The notes under the pieces are model-generated. The model ran no database searches, was not told the DNA's origin, and saw only the letters and a program-made list of their open reading frames with translations. A program made the position numbers and the translations under genes. This document shows positions 42,101-45,681 of a stretch of DNA of 64,000 nucleotides, one piece after another. This DNA is from Candidatus Dojkabacteria bacterium. Lineage in GTDB: Bacteria > Patescibacteriota > Dojkabacteria > B142 > OLB20. How positions within the stretch are numbered: the stretch's first letter is position 1; every line of letters begins with the position of its first letter. The stretch is taken from the NCBI GenBank assembly GCA_046753765.1, contig JBHHUN010000001.1, forward strand, positions 12,141 through 76,140, read 5' to 3'.

Positions 42101-42742
42101 ATGCAGGAAGGAACTGAAACTGCCCAACAGATAGCAAATTCCGAAAAAACCGATCCCAAAAAAGAACAGGCTCTTAAGAATCTACAAGATGACCTGGAAG
42201 CAGAGCTGCAAGACCAGGCAGAGTATACAAAAGGTCGAGTCATGATGTTTGTAGATGTCAGTTTTGTAAACAGTGAGATATTTGGTCAGAAAGATAATCT
42301 ACTATCCGCTCTAAAGATTGAAAGCTTTGCCCTTGCTAACGGAGACAATCTCTTTGAGATTAATGACAATGTGGAAAGTACAAAACTCAAGGTGAATGTC
42401 TCAGATCTGATCGTCGCCGGATCGCTCACAGTAGAAGGCGATCTAGATGTTCTTGGAATCCTCTTTGCGCAGGAGGCTGCAACAAATAGCCTATTTGTTG
42501 AACGAAAAATCAATGTCGGGACAGAAGACCACCAAGCCGCAGGCGAGGTGACTCTTAAAGGTGGTATGACAAAGATCACTGTTGAAAATAATCAAATAAC
42601 TCCATATTCCTCAGTCCATATAACAAAAGATCAGTTTGTCAATTACAGAGTCATAGACATGAAACCCGGAATTGGATTCACTATACAAATTGATGATGCT
42701 ATCGACAACGATACAGTCTTCAACTACTTCATTATTAACTAA
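33191..42742 (+). CDS. Giant secreted or anchored fibre-like protein (3183 aa) built from duplicated modules
   Basis: 9.55 kb ORF with ATG start and an N-terminal hydrophobic signal/anchor (VFTLFASFVIVSALFLLV). At least 8 copies of a LYWGDDL(L/I)CD..Q.NCG...LFTDGG.LTYLT.T.DDF..GG motif. Three large module types are each present twice at 75-85% aa identity. The C-terminus carries a twice-repeated roughly 140-aa domain (AGD.V......GVIST.PG......PLALAGRVPVKV...G.I..GD.L..S..PG.AMK), an acidic coiled-coil tract and a final roughly 160-aa domain. Confidence 0.7.
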   Translation: MLPLHFTVKQLPFRAFYGRLLRVFTLFASFVIVSALFLLVSQTVSATVNSTMNFQGKVVNLSDGTNIVAGSPSCVAAGADTCDFRASIYTDSTGGTLLWQEPQSNVELGDYEGVFNLSLNSVCASWSSPGGSCSGSGLTWGSDSTIYLQIEFDDDGNGDFVSAETFTRKLLTSVPYAYEADQLDGIDSTGFVQLAPGSVQTTGNTTNPLIYLNENGTGTPNLLQLQVAGSDIATINNSGDLTITGDANINGGTINSTSVLTFNDSNTLDIAFSDASNTTLPVGTNSILHALNAASGGGGGLWTINANVTYLTSSGSDLSLASTLVSAFSVDESENLVRVGDGSSSNGKIDFYSSTGDTGRFEYITDTLQWSGGSVRIANNTSVNFGSSDQIQVLYDSTTDTRLEFSDGTNLLLALDDAGTTGDLLVTGTVSIGGSSNDVLATSAAAGAATSSLYWGNQTVCLADGTGCSTDYGLWEALSFNTGANTGTFENDNDVIVGTWAGDDTPLTNTGFVLDSTTADDLFVLDLLGVGDSLYVENNIVAGSGALTLSDSGITDGDSNLVLTATGANVVQISDALTVTGGTATFSGGNVIVQHTTPYDIVIDNSTVGVPTGGNLASDSGYLTLRGNFFDDTPDTDTELDMSLLMDVTDGSTYRLGFYNDGKAAEIGSLDESGNLQVDGTLNLGTNTADVLSVGAGTAANGDLYWGDDLLCDTSQSNCGWAAGGSTLFTDGGTLTYLTQTADDFAIGGSALASPFSVDTDINTVRIGDGTSDVNDPTVTFYASNAVDSGSIIYLDADGFQFSGGDVLVGAASETIAGAGFVLNGDDLFVNGQLGVEGDIYTDADLTLQSDVDTTGVGDITINFGGTNTETIAWIASLDGFQVSDDLLPSTDDALDLGSNTLRWRDLYTGPGTIHVGTSTSDEGTLSYNTTTNDLAIESTGDLVLLSGGGYVGIGTATTTAFLDITAPTTSAAQINLSPSVAVDPSAPVNGDMWYNGTNLNFYNGSVTTDLLAGSSSLWTDGGTLTYLTSTTDDVVFGGTTSAGPFFFDTSAGKLTLNTVGAGAGIALGDDTLLYDGGTNLIQTADSFTIGGQLTVSSTGSSGGLVIGDDTNLYDNGTNLLQTDDSFTVGGALSVTGGAATVSGGGLTVTGGNVLVQGTTPLDVIVDNSTTGTTANSGALYLRGNYFNVSDTEIDMSILLNVTDNTDYKISFYDDGQVAEVGSIDQSGNLQVDGNFNLGTDTADVLSVGTTGSTAIGDLYWGDDLICDSSQANCGIAFGGSSLFTDGGALTYLTQTTDDFSVGGTALASAFSVDVSANTVRIGSGATADAVLSMFASDASTGTITFTTSDRWEFSGGDILLSDDQSMFFGTDADAFFRYDELTDNRLEFGFGANQFGYIDDVAAQTYGDFLFNGTTTLGTGLAGTETALYINPTTGFTGTLLDIDVNGSDIFAVSTTGITANVPATFASAGDVQIANDLAFTNSTSSNITSDAPLYITAGDIASSEDLYLSANNAGYVIVDDRLEVADLIHLGNASANNYLATSVQTNTPTTDLYWGDKLVCDVSEANCGNIWTDSGTVSYLTSTTDDFAIGGTSLTASLSMDVSANLLRVGTGATANGKIDLYSSNGNSARLELTTTDTVELNNAGFVFNQAGDAVDFVIEGDTDANLITADGSTDRVGIGVAVPDAFFDVKPATAGSASINISSSATVNPSVPVDGDMWYNGTNLYFYDGSSTIDILAGGSGSSKWTDGGTLTYLTSITDDLAVGASSAVAPLYIDVDTNLIRIGDGASDVNDPTLTFYASDAVDSGSLIFQDDDSFFLSGGSVMIGAAAETIAGTGFVVDGDDVFIAGMLGVEGDIYSDGDLYIQSDLDTTLAGDISINFGGTNTEILKWDATNDAFSLSDDFLPATNDVSTLGIDTLRWADLFLGPNTLHIGTSTSDEGTVSYDTTANNLLIDSTGNLVLLNGGGNVGIGTTTTNAFLDITAPTTASAQLNLSPSIAVDPSAPVDGDMWYNGTNLYFYDGSSNTDLLAGGGSTLFTDGGAVTYLTSTTDDFALGGSTLAASVFAVDESTGDFYFGSDNTTDPSLLFEASDADAGQIDFTTNDRFELIGAGLLLDDDQSLFFGANADAYFSYDELTDDRLEFGFGANQFGYIDDVTAQTYGDFNFAGTTSLGTALAGTETALYINPTTGFTGTLLDIDVDGADIFTVTSTGITADVPATFNSAGDVSIANDINFTNGSSSTITSLAPLYITAGDAVSNDSLILSAQNAGYVIVDDRLQVEDIIHLGGSADNFLAASSQTNAATDDLYWGDKLLCDASVANCGYVTTALWADGTSGYYSNTESVIVGADAAFSYVTTPGAGDLKVADDFEAADDGFIGGDLVVGASTSSTDTISDAGFVLGGDDLFVAGLLGVEGAIYTDDDLYLQTDIDTTLAGDISINFGGTNTEIFKWDATADAFDLSDDITVNGNITISGAAAGLVYANVATGSAPTCDSTTVGTTIYNRDAAEDGTIYLCRQNTAGAYEWRDITNGAGTPDIAEFVRTNDTTIEAGDIVSVSLEDYQEENIYNRFLVEKSNTTNVGRLMGIISTDPGILLNTANDPNEQQDLTNLRPLALAGRVPVKISAASADIVKGDPISASDKDGQGQKLQGSGMIVGIALEEWTSTSGDTDVMVLIKNTHYDSATEEGTLYLGESGKGLISFNEETGTFEFDSNGDGIPEMSLGENNEIEVAQDVLPKSSPATLTDESGQQITDGIDLGSPEAYFDDVYANTFHGQDLAINNFDVAEEYLVEDMTIMAGDVVRFKKDSSDSLFVERTDEAQDKYAIGVISTKPGLYLKDWQEDRESGRPVALAGRVPVKVTDENGPVHRGDFLTPASTPGYAMKAVRGGVIIGRAMEDFDPDFFDSGDSEMVTATLGSALATAEEEIAELVESGELSDGEATEFLYSIQEEVTAEYDEQEEAEMIENELMQEGTETAQQIANSEKTDPKKEQALKNLQDDLEAELQDQAEYTKGRVMMFVDVSFVNSEIFGQKDNLLSALKIESFALANGDNLFEINDNVESTKLKVNVSDLIVAGSLTVEGDLDVLGILFAQEAATNSLFVERKINVGTEDHQAAGEVTLKGGMTKITVENNQITPYSSVHITKDQFVNYRVIDMKPGIGFTIQIDDAIDNDTVFNYFIIN
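34940..35500 (+). repeat. Intragenic duplicated module C, copy 1 (copy 2 at about 36605-37165)
   Basis: The protein segment ATFSGGNVIVQHTTPYDIVIDNST...LYWGDDLLCDTSQSNCG...VRIGDG is repeated as ATVSGG...VLVQGTTPLDVIVDNST...LYWGDDLICDSSQANCG...VRIGSG. Coordinates are approximate, within about 15 nt. Confidence 0.6.
35485..36205 (+). repeat. Intragenic duplicated module B, copy 1 (copy 2 at about 38541-39265; partial third copy at about 40440-40600)
   Basis: VRIGDGTSDVNDPTVTFYASNAVDSG...INFGGTNTE...LRWRDLY...GDMWYNGTNLNFYNG versus IRIGDGASDVNDPTLTFYASDAVDSG...INFGGTNTE...LRWADLF...GDMWYNGTNLYFYDG. A stretch of more than 30 bp is DNA-identical (38816-38848 = 40496-40528). Confidence 0.65.
37195..37880 (+). 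repeat. Intragenic duplicated module A, copy 1 (copy 2 at about 39462-40150)
   Basis: ASDASTGTITFTTSDRWEF...LEFGFGANQFGYIDDVAAQTYGDF...ALYINPTTGFTGTLLDIDVNGSDIF...DLYWGDKLVCD versus ASDADAGQIDFTTNDRFEL...LEFGFGANQFGYIDDVTAQTYGDF...ALYINPTTGFTGTLLDIDVDGADIF...DLYWGDKLLCD. Confidence 0.65.
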
Positions 42743-42808
42743 CCAGAGCCTTTGGGTGAAGTGTGCACTTTCTTTCGGTGTATCTTGAGTGGCAAATGCA
42801 GTGGTTTA

Positions 42809-42837
42809 TTGACACTTCGATGGTGTCGTTGTAGTGT
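42809..42837 (+). promoter_or_regulatory. Promoter candidate upstream of 42859 (perfect -35 TTGACA, weak -10)
   Basis: TTGACA at 42809-42814. 17 nt downstream the -10 reads only tagtgt. A TATATA-rich stretch follows. Confidence 0.2.
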
Positions 42838-42858
42838 ATATGTTATATAAATCCTCCT

Positions 42859-43353
42859 ATGTATCAACAAAGTCAAAGAGAAGTGATTGGCACTCTGGAC
42901 AGTGATTCTGGGCGTTTAGTCGAGGGGTTGTTAAAACTGATCCTGCTAGTAGTGATCTTTTTGCTTGGTGGTCTTGCATATAAGTTAGCTAATGAGGGTG
43001 GAGTACTTCCTGAACAGTTGTCATCTGGTTCCCGATCGAGTGAGAATGTCAGCGCAGGAGGCAACAGTAGTAGCGAGTTGTCAGTGGAGGAGGCTGTTGA
43101 AAAGATAATGTTGATCTCAACAGATGAAACACCAACGGTTGCGACAATTGTTGATAGTGAAAAACTCAAACAAGCCAACCCGGATTTCTACCAGAACACA
43201 CTAGATGGAGACCAGCTGCTGATTTACAGCAACCGGGCGATCATTTACAGGGCTCAGGACGGTCTGATCATCAATGTCCTCCCCATCACGAGGGATGATC
43301 TAAAGGATTCGGTAACACAAGTTGCTGGGGAAGAGACGGAAGCTCTCGAATAA
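42859..43353 (+). CDS. Single-pass membrane protein with one copy of a roughly 55-aa repeat shared with 43740..44444 and 52657..53781
   Basis: N-terminal TM helix (LKLILLVVIFLLGGLAYKLA). The C-terminal region VATIVDSEKLKQANPDFYQNTLDGDQLLIYSNRAIIYRAQDGLIINVLPI matches the repeats in the other two proteins. No known-family match recognised. Confidence 0.5.
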   Translation: MYQQSQREVIGTLDSDSGRLVEGLLKLILLVVIFLLGGLAYKLANEGGVLPEQLSSGSRSSENVSAGGNSSSELSVEEAVEKIMLISTDETPTVATIVDSEKLKQANPDFYQNTLDGDQLLIYSNRAIIYRAQDGLIINVLPITRDDLKDSVTQVAGEETEALE

Positions 43354-43493
43354 GTCCCCTTGTTCATATCATTTGATCGGATATTTAGGCTGAATAGTGC
43401 ACTTGTTATCAGTTTCTTTCGGTCTCATATGACTCTCGGATAGAGTCTTTTTACAATAATGCATAAAAAATATCTTTTTTCTTGTACTAAATC

Positions 43494-43519
43494 TTGACTC
43501 GACTGAATATATCTATAAT
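43494..43519 (+). promoter_or_regulatory. Orphan promoter-like element TTGACT-14-TATAAT in a long intergenic region
   Basis: TTGACT at 43494-43499 and TATAAT at 43514-43519. The 14 nt spacer is shorter than optimal. It lies about 50 nt upstream of a strong hairpin terminator. Confidence 0.2.
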
Positions 43520-43569
43520 AATGAATTAGCTTTTTGCACTTGTAACTATTTTAGCTGCCTAAGCTTTAC

Positions 43570-43610
43570 AAAAAATTCAAGCCTGCACAGCTTGAATTTT
43601 TTCTTTTTAC
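43570..43610. terminator. Rho-independent (bidirectional) terminator hairpin
   Basis: Perfect 13-bp inverted repeat AAAAAATTCAAGC (43570-43582) / GCTTGAATTTTTT (43590-43602) around a 7-nt loop. It is flanked by an A-run on the 5' side and TTCTTTTT on the 3' side. Confidence 0.5.
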
Positions 43611-43739
43611 CCACAAACGAGCATTCAATATTTGTGAATATTATGTTGGCATAGACCTCTTGATCTGATAGTCTGTATCTACACCCAATTTTTACTGTTT
43701 GTTTGGTACTTCTTATTCATAAATATTAGAATCACAACA

Positions 43740-44444
43740 ATGCACGCACAAAACTTGCCCACAAACAATCAACCCACTGCAAATCAGATGGGGCATCCCT
43801 CACCAACTTCGGCTCCCTCTAGAGGAAGCAAAATAGCTGTCCTCTTTGGAATTGCAGTTGTCTTGTTTGTCCTTCAATTGGTAACACTGTATTTAGTAGT
43901 GAATCCGCCTTACCTTGCTCAGCAGAACCTTACAAGACAGGTAATAGATGAGGTATCCCAGATGGTCGAAGTAAATCCATTTGAAACACCTATTGTTAGT
44001 GTTGTTGCAGATGCGGAAAGCTTAAGGTCCGCTAATAACATCCAGGGAGATGTCTATGCAAACGCACAGGACGGTGACTATGTTCTTGGATTTTCAGATA
44101 AGATGGTAATCTATCGAAGAGAGACTGGAGAGGTTGTTTATGAGGGGGAGAGTCCCGGATCGATACTAAATAAAAACCAACAGAATCTTAGACAGAGCGT
44201 TATCAACGCAGCTCAAACAAAGGGTCTTATCCCTGAGGGAGAAGAGGTAAATCCACAAATGTCTGTGGTCACAGATCCTGCGGTACTGCGTAGCCAGGAT
44301 GCCAGTTTCTACGCAAACGTACAGGAAGGTGACGTTATTGCTGTATTTCCTAGCAAACAACTGATAGTGCTTGTAAGGGCAAATGAGTCAGGAACATCGG
44401 TTATACAGTCAGGAAGCTATACAACCTCAATAAACTCTAACTAA
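43740..44444 (+). CDS. Single-pass membrane protein with two copies of the shared roughly 55-aa repeat
   Basis: TM helix (IAVLFGIAVVLFVLQLVTLYLVV). Repeat 1: IVSVVADAESLRSANNIQGDVYANAQDGDYVLGFSDKMVIYRRETGEVVYEG. Repeat 2: MSVVTDPAVLRSQDASFYANVQEGDVIAVFPSKQLIVLVRANESGTSVIQSG. Confidence 0.5.
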   Translation: MHAQNLPTNNQPTANQMGHPSPTSAPSRGSKIAVLFGIAVVLFVLQLVTLYLVVNPPYLAQQNLTRQVIDEVSQMVEVNPFETPIVSVVADAESLRSANNIQGDVYANAQDGDYVLGFSDKMVIYRRETGEVVYEGESPGSILNKNQQNLRQSVINAAQTKGLIPEGEEVNPQMSVVTDPAVLRSQDASFYANVQEGDVIAVFPSKQLIVLVRANESGTSVIQSGSYTTSINSN

Positions 44445-44462
44445 AGTTCTGCTGCACGGATG

Positions 44463-44491
44463 TTCAAATTTTTGGATAAGTGTGGTATTAT
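44463..44491 (+). promoter_or_regulatory. Promoter candidate for the rpsF-ssb-rpsR operon (TTCAAA-17-TGgTATTAT, extended -10)
   Basis: TTCAAA at 44463-44468, a 17 nt spacer, a TG at 44483-44484, then TATTAT at 44486-44491, about 55 nt upstream of the rpsF ATG. Confidence 0.4.
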
Positions 44492-44545
44492 CACTGCAAC
44501 TACCCAAACAGATATAATTTATAGATAATAAAGAGCTGGAAGCGC

Positions 44546-44824
44546 ATGAAATATGAATTGATGGTGATCCTGAAGCCCTTACTTCCCGAAGATATCCGCA
44601 CAGGAATCCAAAAAAAGCTCGAAGCTTTAGTGAAGAAGGCTAAGGGGGCAATGGTCTCACAGGATGTGTGGGGGAAAAGGCACCTTGCATACCCGATCAC
44701 AAACCACAACGAGGGTTACTACATAGTGTACAACCTCGAGCTGGAACCTGCCTTAATTGATGAGTTCGAGAAAGAGCTCAAGCTTATGGGTGATGTGTTG
44801 AGGTATCTTCTGGCTAAGAAATAA
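44546..44824 (+). CDS. rpsF: 30S ribosomal protein S6
   Basis: 92 aa. S6 signature (YELMVILKP...WGKRHLAYPI...GYY). Followed by ssb and rpsR. Confidence 0.85.
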   Translation: MKYELMVILKPLLPEDIRTGIQKKLEALVKKAKGAMVSQDVWGKRHLAYPITNHNEGYYIVYNLELEPALIDEFEKELKLMGDVLRYLLAKK

Positions 44825-44849
44825 TATTTAACCTTTTACTTAAGAAGAG

Positions 44850-45401
44850 ATGGCTACATCGAGATCACTAAATAAGGTTTTGTTAATTGGTAATCTGACC
44901 AGAAACCCTGTGCTCCGAAGCACGGCAAACAATGCCACAGTATGTACGTTTGGTCTTGCAACCAACGATTCCTGGAAAGACTCAAGCGGAAACCTTCAAG
45001 AGAGGACTGAATTTCACAATCTAGTCTCATGGAATAAACTGGCTGAGATCTGCGCACAGATATTGGCAACAGGAATGCTTGTCTGGATAGAAGGAGAGCT
45101 TCGAACCAGAACATGGGAAGATATGAACGGCAATCGCAGATACAAAACAGAGATCAAGATCAACGATATGAAGTTACTTGATGATAAAGGGAAAAAGGGA
45201 GTTGGTATTGAAGCAGCCAAGGCTGAAGGCGAAGGGGGAGGGGCCACTAACGCTGGCGAGGACAGCAAATCTGTGGATAAAGGAAACGATTCTGATGATT
45301 CAAAGTCCGAAGAAAAGACCAAAAGCACGAAAGTCTCCGAAGTCGCAGAAGAAGACCCAGCGGAAGATGCTACAGAAGATGACGGAGAAGATCTATTCTA
45401 A
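44850..45401 (+). CDS. ssb: Single-stranded DNA-binding protein
   Basis: OB fold (VLLIGNLTRNPVLRSTANNATVCTFGLATN...RTEFHNLVSWNKLAE). G-rich linker. Acidic tail ending EDDGEDLF. Confidence 0.85.
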   Translation: MATSRSLNKVLLIGNLTRNPVLRSTANNATVCTFGLATNDSWKDSSGNLQERTEFHNLVSWNKLAEICAQILATGMLVWIEGELRTRTWEDMNGNRRYKTEIKINDMKLLDDKGKKGVGIEAAKAEGEGGGATNAGEDSKSVDKGNDSDDSKSEEKTKSTKVSEVAEEDPAEDATEDDGEDLF

Positions 45402-45410
45402 ACTAGAAAC

Positions 45411-45653
45411 ATGGCAAAGACTCACAAAAAGAAAAAACTCAAGAAATTTCATAAGCCATCGTGTCCCTTTAAGGGCAGAACAGAGCTTATTGATTATAAG
45501 GATGTATACAGGTTAAAGAAGTTTGTAACAACTCGTGGCAGAATGCTGCCACCCGAACGCACTGGAGTGAGTCCTAGGTGCCAGCGCAAGTTAGCTGTTG
45601 AGATAAAAAAGGCAAGATATATGGCACTGTTGCCATATAACGAATTGATCTGA
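45411..45653 (+). CDS. rpsR: 30S ribosomal protein S18
   Basis: 80 aa. S18 signature ([52 protein letters not shown]). Confidence 0.85.
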   Translation: MAKTHKKKKLKKFHKPSCPFKGRTELIDYKDVYRLKKFVTTRGRMLPPERTGVSPRCQRKLAVEIKKARYMALLPYNELI

Positions 45654-45681
45654 CGCCCATTAGTTAAAATCAGGACTGTCC

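Noticed and set aside
33191-42742. Long DNA repeats with regular spacing inside 33191-42742 might be a CRISPR or tandem-repeat array.
   Set aside because: The repeats are 0.5-0.7 kb, imperfect (75-85%) and maintain a single long reading frame. They are protein-coding module duplications, not short direct repeats with spacers.
18128-42858. The giant-gene island might be a mobile or horizontally acquired element.
   Set aside because: There is no integrase, transposase, tRNA target, flanking direct repeat or obvious composition shift. It is flanked by core genes ychF and rpsF on the same strand.
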